Positions 8,927 to 17,515 of a DNA stretch of 64,000 nucleotides are shown piece by piece. Every line of letters begins with the position of its first letter. Positions within the stretch are counted from its first letter, which is position 1. The notes under the pieces were generated by a model. The model did not search any database, was not told the origin of the DNA, and saw only the letters and a list, made by a program, of their open reading frames with translations. Source of the DNA: an uncultured Helicobacteraceae bacterium (lineage in GTDB: Bacteria; Campylobacterota; Campylobacteria; Campylobacterales; Helicobacteraceae). The stretch spans positions 25,542 through 89,541 of the forward strand of contig CANQAN010000007.1 of the NCBI GenBank assembly GCA_947588965.1, written 5' to 3'. The translations under genes and the position numbers were made by a program.

Positions 8927-9314
8927 AGATCACCCCATCAATTCCGCAAAGAGCGATGTATTCTAGTTTGTCTTCTTGATTTTTCCAATCATTTTCTTTA
9001 AGGCAGAGCAGAATCTTTGTGTCAAACAAATAAGATTCTGCGAGTTTTTGCACTTTTTGTGCAAATTCCAAATTTACACAAAGCAAGAATCTTGCGTTGA
9101 GATTGACAAGAAACAGCGCTTCTTTAATGCTTGTGATAAAAGCGGCATAATCAAGATTGTTTTGGGAGCAAAATTGCGCAAGATTCAATGTCTCTTGAAA
9201 ATCTTTGCAACAGAGTAAAAGAAAATCGCGAGACAAGGAATGCGTGATGGTCTCTTTAGAATCAGCATAGATAATCTTTAAAGGAGTGATGAGGGGGTGG
9301 TTTAAAATCAGCAT
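8913..9314 (-). CDS. Hypothetical 133-aa protein
   Basis: ORF overlaps the Crp/Fnr gene start by 14 nt and sits in the same co-directional run. No motif I recognise. Coding is inferred only from position and length. Confidence 0.45.
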   Translation of the reverse strand: MLILNHPLITPLKIIYADSKETITHSLSRDFLLLCCKDFQETLNLAQFCSQNNLDYAAFITSIKEALFLVNLNARFLLCVNLEFAQKVQKLAESYLFDTKILLCLKENDWKNQEDKLEYIALCGIDGVIFADF

Positions 9315-9323
9315 TTTAAGTCT

Positions 9324-9530
9324 TTATTTAAGCGATGCGCATTCTTTTGAGCAATAATATTTTCCATCTTTAAAGATGGCCTCGTGGTTGGCGACATAGA
9401 TTCCGCATTTGTCGCATTCTAGCATAATGGATTCTTTGCCCTCTTTGTTTGATTCCGTAGTGGTGTGTTTCCTAAAAAACAAATAATACACCACAAAAAT
9501 GAAAAGCGCAAATACTAGCCATTTTCCCAT
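9324..9530 (-). CDS. Small membrane-anchored Cys4 zinc-ribbon protein (PP0621-like)
   Basis: 68 aa. N-terminal TM helix (WLVFALFIFVVYYLFF), then CDKCG...YYCSKEC, giving four Cys in a CxxC...CxxxC arrangement. Confidence 0.6.
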   Translation of the reverse strand: MGKWLVFALFIFVVYYLFFRKHTTTESNKEGKESIMLECDKCGIYVANHEAIFKDGKYYCSKECASLK

Positions 9531-10102
9531 ATTAAATCCTTTCCCAAAATGACAATGTATTGTATCAAATTCTCTGAAAATTGCCTATATTTTAGATGAT
9601 TTGGAATCTCATTTTTCACTCGAGAGCCTTTATAGAGCAGAAGTGTCGTCTGTGGAGTGATGAGATGCTGACATTTTTGCAGGAGTGTTTGGAGAGAAAA
9701 TGTCGCTCTAGATGTGATAAGGAGGTTTGTTATGGGGTCTAAATCAAGGCTTAGAGATTCTATTTTTTGGTGCTTAATGGTGAAGTTTTCTAGGGGGATG
9801 CTTGCTTGAATGTTTTGTAGAAAAGCCGCCTTTTTGGCATTTTGCTCACAAAGAATGGTGGGAATCTCTAGTGCGATTCCAAGAGGAACGGCCGGGAAGC
9901 CATTTCCGCTACCGACGTCTAACAAAACAGAGGGCTTAGAATCAAGAAAGCGCAAGGGATAGAGTGAGGACTTAATGTTGTCTTGAATGCCACTTTTGTC
10001 TCTTGCGCCACTCAAATTATGAATCGCATTCCAGCGCAATAGGTTATCTGTGTAGGATTCTAATAGCGCGTTTTGTTTAGAGTTGAGCGCGTTTGTAAGC
10101 AT
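9515..10102 (-). CDS. rsmG: 16S rRNA (guanine527-N7)-methyltransferase RsmG (GidB)
   Basis: The track ORF extends to 10300, inside queA. Family-length protein starts at MLTNALNSKQNALLESYTDNLLRWN (ATG at 10100-10102, TAATG junction with the queA stop). SAM motif LDVGSGNGFPAVPL. Confidence 0.85.
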   Translation of the reverse strand: MLTNALNSKQNALLESYTDNLLRWNAIHNLSGARDKSGIQDNIKSSLYPLRFLDSKPSVLLDVGSGNGFPAVPLGIALEIPTILCEQNAKKAAFLQNIQASIPLENFTIKHQKIESLSLDLDPITNLLITSRATFSLQTLLQKCQHLITPQTTLLLYKGSRVKNEIPNHLKYRQFSENLIQYIVILGKDLIWENG

Positions 10103-11157
10103 TATAAAATCAGCATCCCATCGCCATAGGAATAGAAGCGATATTTTTTTGTAATAGCTTCTTCGTAGAGTGCGCGCGTTTTTTCTAGTCCGATGAAAGA
10201 AGCAACAAGCATTAAAAGCGTTGTTTTGGGAAGATGGAAATTTGTCAAAAGGGCATTGACGCGCATGGGTGGATTTGCTGGATGCAAAAACAAATCGCAC
10301 TCTCCGCTTAAGGAATGATTTCTTGCAAATTCCTCAATCACGCGTGCGGAAGTTGTACCAATAGCCGTGATGTGTGGGGCGCTTTCAATTTGGTCTGCGG
10401 AATCTTTGGAGAGATAGAAGGATTCTTTGTGCATCTTGTGATTTAAAATATTCTCTTCTTGAACACCCACAAAAGTGCCTGCTCCGACATGGAGGGTGAT
10501 TTCTGTGGTTTGAAAATTTTCTTGCAAGAGTTTGTAGGATTCGTGGCTAAAATGCAGGGAAGCTGTGGGTGCGGCAATGGCGCCAAGATGCTTTGCAAAT
10601 ACGGTTTGATAGCTGTCTTTGTCCTCTTGCGTGTCTGTGCGCTTGAGGTAGGGGGGGAGCGGAATGTGTCCGCATTTCTCCAAAAACAAAACAAATGCTT
10701 CTTTTTCCATGGGCTTTTCTTCGTGCGTTGCAGAATCTCTCGTGAAAAATTCTGCTTCTTTGAATCCTGCTCCTAGGTGATTTTGGTCATTGAGGATTCT
10801 TGCATACACATTGCAAGGAAAGGCTATGAGATGGCCACTTTTAATGCGTCCTTTGAATTGCAAGAGATAGATATTATCATGGAGATGTTTGTGAAATAGG
10901 GCTTCCACTCGTGCTTTGCTCTGTGGAATCTCTTTGAATCCATAGATTCGTGCGGATAGAACCTTTGTGTTGTTAAAGACGAGCAGGGTGTTTTTGGGGA
11001 GAAATGCAGGAAAGTCCTTGAAGGTGGCATGTGTGATTGTGTCTTTAGCTCTATCAAAAACAAGCAATTTTGCGGATTCCTTTGGGCTAACAGGAAAAGA
11101 GGCTATGCGATCCTTTGGGAGTGTGTAATCATAGCTTGAGAGTGCGAGAGTGTCCAT
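10102..11157 (-). CDS. queA: S-adenosylmethionine:tRNA ribosyltransferase-isomerase
   Basis: 351 aa. Motifs IPLPPYLKR, LHVGAGTF and AIGTTSARVIE are diagnostic for QueA. Confidence 0.93.
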   Translation of the reverse strand: MDTLALSSYDYTLPKDRIASFPVSPKESAKLLVFDRAKDTITHATFKDFPAFLPKNTLLVFNNTKVLSARIYGFKEIPQSKARVEALFHKHLHDNIYLLQFKGRIKSGHLIAFPCNVYARILNDQNHLGAGFKEAEFFTRDSATHEEKPMEKEAFVLFLEKCGHIPLPPYLKRTDTQEDKDSYQTVFAKHLGAIAAPTASLHFSHESYKLLQENFQTTEITLHVGAGTFVGVQEENILNHKMHKESFYLSKDSADQIESAPHITAIGTTSARVIEEFARNHSLSGECDLFLHPANPPMRVNALLTNFHLPKTTLLMLVASFIGLEKTRALYEEAITKKYRFYSYGDGMLIL

Positions 11158-11891
11158 TAATCTTGATTTTCTTTTGCGGGTTTGTGGGGGTTTATGATTT
11201 TAGCAATGAGAATGGATAGCCCATAAAGAAGTGTGAGGGGGATTGCCATGAGGAATTGAGACAGAACATCAGGGGGCGTTAAGAGTGCTGCTAGAATGAA
11301 TATAAAAACAATGGCGTATTTGAAGTAATTTTTGAGTGTTTTGTCTGTGACAAGTCCAATCTTTGCTAAGAAAAATGTAGCCACAGGGAGTTCAAAGGAG
11401 ATTCCAAATCCTACCATGAGTTTTGCAAAAAAGCTCACATAATCCCCGATATTTGGTAGAGCGGTGAAAAGCTGACTTCCGAAGTTAATCAAATATCCAA
11501 AACCAATCGGAAAGGCGATATAGTAGGCAAATGCACAGCCGCATAAGAAGAAAAAAGTCCCAAAAAACACAAAGGGCAAAACAAGTTTCTTTTCATTGTC
11601 GTAGAGTCCGGGCGCGACAAATAACCAAACTTGCCAAAAAATAATCGGAAGCGCAAAGATGAATCCGCTAAAAAACGCCACTTTAATGGCAGTAAAAAAC
11701 GCCTCTCCTACTTGAGTGAATATCACACTCTCGCGACCCTTTGGGAGTGCCGCGCTCAAAGGAGCAATCATCCAATTGAGTATCACTTCCCAAAAGTAAA
11801 AAGAAGCCAGAAATGTAACAATAAGGGTGATGGTGATAACAATCAAACAACGTCGCAAATCATGGAGATGGGGCTTTAAATCTTCTAGCAT
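11157..11891 (-). CDS. tatC: Twin-arginine translocase subunit TatC
   Basis: 244 aa with a six-helix hydrophobic profile. Contains VAPGLYDNEKK and a C-terminal LTPPDVLSQ motif. Confidence 0.92.
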   Translation of the reverse strand: MLEDLKPHLHDLRRCLIVITITLIVTFLASFYFWEVILNWMIAPLSAALPKGRESVIFTQVGEAFFTAIKVAFFSGFIFALPIIFWQVWLFVAPGLYDNEKKLVLPFVFFGTFFFLCGCAFAYYIAFPIGFGYLINFGSQLFTALPNIGDYVSFFAKLMVGFGISFELPVATFFLAKIGLVTDKTLKNYFKYAIVFIFILAALLTPPDVLSQFLMAIPLTLLYGLSILIAKIINPHKPAKENQD

Positions 11892-12353
11892 TTACGCTCC
11901 TTGATTTGTAGAGTGTTCATTTTCTTTGAGATTGGCGCCAAAGTGCGTGTTTTGATGATCTTTGTGAGGCTCGATCGTGCTTATTGAAACTTGCGCATTT
12001 TGCGATTCTTTTGTAGTTTTTGTCTCTGTCTTTGAATCCTTTGGGGATTCTATGGGATTGGTGTGGGATTCCTCTTCAAATTCTAGTGTTTTGAGATCAA
12101 ACTCTTTTGTGAGGCTCTGTGTCAGCTCTTGCGTTCCTTGTGTGATGCTGTTTTTGTAAGCGAGAGCTTCTTCTTTGATTTTATTGAGATTGATTTCGCG
12201 CTCTAAACTCTCTTTTGCATCTTCCATTGTCTTTTTGAATGTGCGAAAAAACTTAGCGACATCCACCATTGCCTGTGGCAATTTATCGGGTCCTAAGAAT
12301 ATGATCGCCACAACGACCACCATTATAATTTCAAAAAATCCCATTCCAAACAT
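11892..12353 (-). CDS. tatB: Twin-arginine translocase subunit TatB (TatA/B/E family)
   Basis: 153 aa. N-terminus MFGMGFFEIIMVVVVAIIFLGPDKLP, then an amphipathic helix and an acidic/polar tail. Lies directly upstream of tatC. Confidence 0.85.
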   Translation of the reverse strand: MFGMGFFEIIMVVVVAIIFLGPDKLPQAMVDVAKFFRTFKKTMEDAKESLEREINLNKIKEEALAYKNSITQGTQELTQSLTKEFDLKTLEFEEESHTNPIESPKDSKTETKTTKESQNAQVSISTIEPHKDHQNTHFGANLKENEHSTNQGA

Positions 12354-12453
12354 TAATAAGACCTCTTGTAGAGCTAAAATTCGGATTCTATCTAATTTTG
12401 GAATAAAGTGTGCTTAGAATCTATTGAGAATTGTAAAAAAATAAGGAATGAGC

Positions 12454-12777
12454 ATGAGAAAGAATGTCTCAATTGTCTGCAGATTGGCTGTCTTTTGGTT
12501 TGTTGCTGTGTGCTTGGGGGGATGTATTTCTCCTAAAACGGACGCGTTTTTATTAGGTGCTGGAATCGGAGCGGGGACGACGGCGTATTTTTTGAATGGT
12601 GGAAGTATCGCAGGATACAGTATGCGATCCTTTCAAAATGGAAGCAGGAATCCTACAACTGCAATGTATGGTGATTATTCCATTCCGAGTGAATTAGAGT
12701 GGCATTATATGGGTGAGGAGATTTTCTCTGAAGCACAGCAACAAAACAATGCAACAAAGGGATTTTTTGGCTTTTAA
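12454..12777 (+). CDS. Small putative lipoprotein, Gly-rich
   Basis: Signal peptide with lipobox VCLGGC. The AAGGA RBS at 12443-12447 favours ATG 12454 over the track start at 12448. Confidence 0.5.
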   Translation: MRKNVSIVCRLAVFWFVAVCLGGCISPKTDAFLLGAGIGAGTTAYFLNGGSIAGYSMRSFQNGSRNPTTAMYGDYSIPSELEWHYMGEEIFSEAQQQNNATKGFFGF

Positions 12778-12786
12778 AGAATTAAA

Positions 12787-12812
12787 GGGATTTGAATCTG
12801 GGATTTGAATCT
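12787..12812. repeat. Perfect tandem duplication of a 13-bp unit (GGGATTTGAATCT x2)
   Basis: Read directly: 12787-12799 and 12800-12812 are identical. It lies in the convergent gap between the lipoprotein gene and leuC. Confidence 0.9.
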
Positions 12813-12915
12813 AAGAAGTTTTGCGCAAAAGGGAGTTTTGTCTCAAAGGAGTCCTCCTAAGGATTCCTCTGTGGAGAGTGGAATCCCTATAGGCAAGGCA
12901 GTGAGAGAGTGCAAA

Positions 12916-14187
12916 CTAAAGTCGCGGATCGGCGATACTCCCAACAATTGCACTCATTGCGGCCACAGCGGAGTTTGCAAGATAGACTTCGGAATTTCTT
13001 GCGCCCATTCTGCCGATAAAGTTACGATTGGTTGTTGAAACGCAACGCTCACCATCACCTAAGATTCCCATATATCCGCCAAGACATGCCCCACAAGTCG
13101 GATTAGAAATGAGCGCCCCCGCTTCTAGGAGAGTGTCAATGTAGCCAAGTCTGTGCGCGTCTTTGTAGATTTGTTGCGTACCCGGAGTGATGATAAGACG
13201 CACGTCTTTATGGACTTTTTTGCCTGCTAGAATCTCGCTTGCAATTTTCAAATCACTCAAGCGTCCATTTGTGCAACTTCCGATAAAGACTTGATCGATT
13301 TTTATTTTTTCCTTAACTGCTTGTGAGATTCCCTTTCCATTGCTTGGCAAGAAAGGAAAAGCAACGAGTGGCTCTAGTTTGCCTATGTCTATTGTAAGGA
13401 TTTGCGTGTATTGTGCATCTTTGTCAGAGAAAAATTCCTTAGGCTCTGTGCGTAAATGAGATCTAGAGGCAAGAAAGTCTCGCGTGATGGAATCGGGCGC
13501 GATGATTCCGTTTTTTGCCCCCGCTTCAACAGCCATATTACAAAGGGAGAATCGATCATCCATGTTGAGAGACTCTATCCCCTCTCCGCAAAATTCTAAA
13601 GTCTGATACAATGCTCCATCAACGCCAATTTGACGTATAACTTCTAAAATCAAGTCTTTTCCATAGATGTGTTGTGCGGGTTTGCCTATGAATTCTACTT
13701 TAATAGAATGTGGAATCTTAAACCAATTTTTGCCTGTGATCATAGCATAGGCTAAGTCTGTGCTGCCCATTCCTGTGCTGAAGGCTCCAAGCGCACCGTG
13801 TGTGCATGTGTGAGAATCTGCGCCGATAATCACATCGCCACTGACGACAAGCCCCTTTTCTGGCAAAAGGGCATGTTCAATGCCCATATCTTTTTCGTCA
13901 AAGAAATATTTGAGCTGATGTTTTTTGGCGAAGTTGCGACTGATTCTTGCTTGATTAGCACTTGCGATGTCTTTTGCTGGAATGAAATGATCCATAACAA
14001 TACAGAAGCCATCGGGATTTGCTAATTGTTGCGCCCCGCTTTCTTCAAAGGCTCTAATAGAAAGTGGTGTTGTGATGTCATTGCCTATGACCATATCAAT
14101 CGTGGAATCCACAATATCCCCTGCATAAACCTCTCTTTTGACATGATGAGAGAAAATTTTTTCTGTGATTGTCTGTCCCATTTGCAT
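12916..14187 (-). CDS. leuC: 3-isopropylmalate dehydratase (aconitase-family) large subunit
   Basis: 423 aa. Motifs GADSHTCTHGALGAF, GSCTNGRLSD and the Fe-S Cys motif NPTCGACLGG. No small-subunit gene is adjacent. Confidence 0.9.
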   Translation of the reverse strand: MQMGQTITEKIFSHHVKREVYAGDIVDSTIDMVIGNDITTPLSIRAFEESGAQQLANPDGFCIVMDHFIPAKDIASANQARISRNFAKKHQLKYFFDEKDMGIEHALLPEKGLVVSGDVIIGADSHTCTHGALGAFSTGMGSTDLAYAMITGKNWFKIPHSIKVEFIGKPAQHIYGKDLILEVIRQIGVDGALYQTLEFCGEGIESLNMDDRFSLCNMAVEAGAKNGIIAPDSITRDFLASRSHLRTEPKEFFSDKDAQYTQILTIDIGKLEPLVAFPFLPSNGKGISQAVKEKIKIDQVFIGSCTNGRLSDLKIASEILAGKKVHKDVRLIITPGTQQIYKDAHRLGYIDTLLEAGALISNPTCGACLGGYMGILGDGERCVSTTNRNFIGRMGARNSEVYLANSAVAAMSAIVGSIADPRL

Positions 14188-14190
14188 CCT

Positions 14191-14808
14191 TTAGTTGAGT
14201 TTGAGTTGTGTTTTAAAATGTTTTTGAATCCTTAGGATATTTTCTTTCTGCCGATAGAAGCTGTTAGGATTCGCCACCAAATACGCGCTAATATCCATAA
14301 TTTCTGCATCAATTTTCAAGTTATTTTGGCGCATTGTATCGCCTGTTTCCACCAAATCCACAATGGCATCGGCTAACCCAACAAGGGGAGCTAACTCAAT
14401 AGAGCCATAGAGTTTAATGATTTCAACACTCATGGCCTTTTTGGCAAAAAAAGCTCTTGTGATATTGACCATTTTTGTTGCGATTCTTAAGTTTGGCTTG
14501 GAGTAATCAAACACATAATTGTTTGGTGAGCCAATGGCTATTTTGCATTTCCCAAAACCTAAGTCTAAGAGGCGTACAAGCGGACTTTCTTGCTCTTCTA
14601 AAACATCAAGCCCGACCACGCCAATGTCTGCTACACCGCGCTCTACATAGATGGGAACATCTTGATTGCGCACAAGCATGAAAGAAAAATCCCCCTTGTC
14701 TAAAATGAGTTTGCGATCCTCAAAATGCAAGGAATCTCCCAAAAAACTCTCAAAAATTTCTAAGGTTTTTTCTGCGATTCTGCCTTTTGGTAGAGCGACT
14801 TTTATCAT
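14191..14808 (-). CDS. hisG: ATP phosphoribosyltransferase, short form
   Basis: 205 aa. VALPKGRIAEKTL at the N-terminus and DLVETGDTMRQNNL. It lacks the C-terminal regulatory domain of long-form HisG. Confidence 0.92.
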   Translation of the reverse strand: MIKVALPKGRIAEKTLEIFESFLGDSLHFEDRKLILDKGDFSFMLVRNQDVPIYVERGVADIGVVGLDVLEEQESPLVRLLDLGFGKCKIAIGSPNNYVFDYSKPNLRIATKMVNITRAFFAKKAMSVEIIKLYGSIELAPLVGLADAIVDLVETGDTMRQNNLKIDAEIMDISAYLVANPNSFYRQKENILRIQKHFKTQLKLN

Positions 14809-15443
14809 AGATAGATTCCTTTTGATGTGAAATGGTCTTGAATGGATTTTTGCATTCCTTTAAAAACGAGCAAATCATCATAAAAAGAATTTTCAAAAAA
14901 ATGAGAGAGGAATTTTCCATCGCCCCCTGTGAAATAGATTTTTTTGTTTTTTGAAGCATTTTTGAGCGTTAAGACTATGGATTTTAGCATTCCATAGCTT
15001 AGGGCGTCTCTTGTGTTTTGTGGAAAGACTTCCAAATCAATGGCCAAATTCATTTCACAATCAAGTATTGCTATGCAACTAAACATTTTGCGGTATTGTG
15101 CGATTCCGGGCATGATAAAGCCTCCTAAATGGATTCCTTGTTGCATAATGTCAATGGTTATAGCACTTCCTGCATCAACAATCACGCCATCATGAATCGC
15201 CATACAAGACGCGATTCGATCAACTCCGAGTCCCTTATAAGTCGTGTCTAATTCTAAATAGGGAGTGAGATCAAAGCAACGTGGATGGGAGCGCAAGAGA
15301 GCCTCTGTTGATGCTTCATTGACGCTAATGTAGAGAATGACCTCGTTAGAATCCTTTTGTGAGAGATTCTGCGCTTCTTCTTTCCAGATTCTACCGTGAC
15401 AATAAAAATGCAAAAAACTATTTCCAATATCACAGAGAATCAT
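14805..15443 (-). CDS. coaX: Type III pantothenate kinase
   Basis: 212 aa. MILCDIGNS N-terminus, GVDR and VDAGSAITID motifs of the CoaX/Bvg accessory factor family. Confidence 0.88.
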   Translation of the reverse strand: MILCDIGNSFLHFYCHGRIWKEEAQNLSQKDSNEVILYISVNEASTEALLRSHPRCFDLTPYLELDTTYKGLGVDRIASCMAIHDGVIVDAGSAITIDIMQQGIHLGGFIMPGIAQYRKMFSCIAILDCEMNLAIDLEVFPQNTRDALSYGMLKSIVLTLKNASKNKKIYFTGGDGKFLSHFFENSFYDDLLVFKGMQKSIQDHFTSKGIYL

Positions 15444-15451
15444 TGCAAGAC

Positions 15452-16477
15452 CTATTTTATGTTTAAAAATTTGTTGCCGATAAATATTTTGTTTGTCCCC
15501 GAGAAAGTTGGTTCATCAATCGCGCTTGGTAACGTGTAAATCGCGCTTTTTTGCAAATCTTCATCAAGTGTGATCAAATACCCCTCTGTTTCTAAGACGA
15601 CAATGTTTTGTCCATGATTAACTGCCGAAAAATGCGCAAAAGGGAATTTAACGCGTCGTATTTCATTGAGATCTCTGTCGGTTAAAATCACCTCTCCCTC
15701 ACTGCTAAAGATAAAGATTCTGTCTTCAAAGAATAGAATCTCTTTGACATTGGCATCAAAGGTATTTATGATACTTGGACTGACAGAAATCACGCGTTTT
15801 GGTGTGGCTGCAACCATGCGATTGGCGATGGCTTCTAGGAAAATGACATTATTAAAATATTTATCGCCATTGACAACGATGTTGCGAATGAGTTGCATGG
15901 TCTGTTTGTCAATGACAATGAGCTTTCCATCAAGTGTTGGTACAACGATAATGTCGGTGAGGAAATAGGGTGCGGCAATGAGTGTGTTGTTAGCTGTTGC
16001 GGGTGCATTGTCTTGGCGATAAATGATTTGTGCAGAGCGCGTGTCATACACCGCAATGGTGTTTGTGTCAAAAATGATTGCAATGAGATTGCCATCCATA
16101 GCAGCACTCACAGGAATGCTCTCAAGCTCAATCTCCGTCTCTTGCAAATTTTCTTTATCAATTAAAACGAGCGTTTTTTTGTTTTGAATCAAATAGTACT
16201 GCTCTGTTTGGTTGAGGTATTTGGACCCATAACTGAGATACACCTTTGGAATCTCTGAATTTTCTGTAATGAATTGTCCATTAGTGAGTGTTGCGCCATT
16301 GCGCACAACAGAGCTGATTCCAATGCGCGGTGCAAATGTCCCATCATAGGAAATTTCTCCTAGAATTTCTTCATCTTTGGGCTCAAAATAATATTTTGAA
16401 CCACAACCGCTAAAAATAGCAAGGATTCCTATGCTAAGGGCAATGTTGAGAGAGAATTTTAAAAGATTATTGTGCAT
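15452..16477 (-). CDS. Lipoprotein with PQQ-like beta-propeller repeats (BamB-like)
   Basis: 341 aa. Lipobox ILAIFSGCGS. Recurrent blade-like motifs: MDGNLIAIIFDTNTIAVYD, TLDGKLIVIDKQTMQLI, SSEGEVILTDRDLNEI and TEGYLITLDEDL. It follows a YfgM-like gene, as bamB follows yfgM in E. coli. Confidence 0.55.
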   Translation of the reverse strand: MHNNLLKFSLNIALSIGILAIFSGCGSKYYFEPKDEEILGEISYDGTFAPRIGISSVVRNGATLTNGQFITENSEIPKVYLSYGSKYLNQTEQYYLIQNKKTLVLIDKENLQETEIELESIPVSAAMDGNLIAIIFDTNTIAVYDTRSAQIIYRQDNAPATANNTLIAAPYFLTDIIVVPTLDGKLIVIDKQTMQLIRNIVVNGDKYFNNVIFLEAIANRMVAATPKRVISVSPSIINTFDANVKEILFFEDRIFIFSSEGEVILTDRDLNEIRRVKFPFAHFSAVNHGQNIVVLETEGYLITLDEDLQKSAIYTLPSAIDEPTFSGTNKIFIGNKFLNIK

Positions 16478-17057
16478 TTTTTATTCCTTTGATACTAAGA
16501 TGTTCAAGCGCGTTTGCGAGATCCTTAATGGGGGAATCATTAGGTATTTTGGTTAAAATTTCCCTCGCGCTCTGTAAATTTCCCTTTTGAATCTCCAAAA
16601 AAGCAGCCTGCAAATGACCAAAATCCCCTGTACTCTGTGTGTTTAAAACACTAAAATCAGATTCCAAAGAAGCCTTTTGAATCTTTGCAAATTGTGCAAT
16701 TAATGGATCTTTGGAGGATTCTAATGTCTTGAGGGCTTGTGTGTCATTGGTTTGAAGTGCCTTTTGGAATTGATAGAGATCATAGAGTTTGCTCTGTGAG
16801 TTCTTTAGGGATTCAATGGATGTTGTGTTGCCCTTTAGAGCTTGTGCGTAGTCGTTTGCGATTTTTTGCTCTTTGGCAGCTTGATAGTACTGATTCCCCA
16901 CATATCCTGCGACAAAGATCACAATCAAAACAGCGATTCCAATGAGAATATTTTTATAACGTTTGAGCCAACTTTCAAAGCGCAGCAAACCCTCTAGCAT
17001 CTTTTCATCGCTGACCATTTCCTCGCGTATGTAACGAACATTTTCTTTGAGATTCAA
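16467..17057 (-). CDS. YfgM-like single-pass membrane protein with a TPR-like domain
   Basis: 196 aa. Acidic N-terminus, one TM helix (ILIGIAVLIVIFVAGYV), then a helical repeat region. This matches the architecture of E. coli YfgM. Overlaps the downstream gene by 11 nt. Confidence 0.55.
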   Translation of the reverse strand: MNLKENVRYIREEMVSDEKMLEGLLRFESWLKRYKNILIGIAVLIVIFVAGYVGNQYYQAAKEQKIANDYAQALKGNTTSIESLKNSQSKLYDLYQFQKALQTNDTQALKTLESSKDPLIAQFAKIQKASLESDFSVLNTQSTGDFGHLQAAFLEIQKGNLQSAREILTKIPNDSPIKDLANALEHLSIKGIKNAQ

Positions 17058-17075
17058 CTTTTCTCCTTTGAGATT

Positions 17076-17507
17076 TTATTTTCCTGTGCTACCAAAACCA
17101 CCGCTTCCACGTTTTGTTTTATTGAGCGCGGAGACGACTTTGAATTTTGCACGTTCAATAGGAGACAGCACTGCTTGAGCGATTCTATCACCAATCTTAA
17201 TGGTGAAATCCTCTCCTCCGCAATTCCATAAAATCACTTTAATCTCACCACGATAGTCCGCATCGACCGTCCCTGGTGCATTAAGAACACTAATGCCATG
17301 CTTAATGGCAAGTCCGCTTCGTGGTCGGATTTGTATTTCATATTTTTTAGAAAAGCTAAAGCTTAGTCCCGTTGGTACTAACGCCCATTCTCCACGCCTT
17401 AAGAGCACCTCTTCACTTGCGCACAAATCAAAACCCGCGGCGCCCTTGCTCTGATATTCTGGGATTTTTGCGTTTTTATTTAAAAGCTTGATTTTGAGTG
17501 TTGCCAT
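17076..17507 (-). CDS. dut: dUTP diphosphatase
   Basis: 143 aa. Motifs GAAGFDL, PRSGLAIKHGI, GTVDADYRGEI and C-terminal RGSGGFGSTG. Confidence 0.95.
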   Translation of the reverse strand: MATLKIKLLNKNAKIPEYQSKGAAGFDLCASEEVLLRRGEWALVPTGLSFSFSKKYEIQIRPRSGLAIKHGISVLNAPGTVDADYRGEIKVILWNCGGEDFTIKIGDRIAQAVLSPIERAKFKVVSALNKTKRGSGGFGSTGK

Positions 17508-17515
17508 AGGAGTCC

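Noticed and set aside
9515-10300. Extended N-termini offered by the ORF track: rsmG 261 aa, gatA from 28121, secF from 34991, mfd from 42853, azlD from 57213, NlpC/P60 from 57858, LOG from 53520, and the tlpD-like gene from 27980
   Set aside because: The extensions run into upstream genes and lack family-like sequence. Internal Met codons with RBSs give canonical N-termini and lengths.
12805-13038. 77-aa plus-strand ORF at the leuC 3' end
   Set aside because: It overlaps the well-supported leuC coding region antisense and has no RBS or motif, so it is most likely a shadow ORF.
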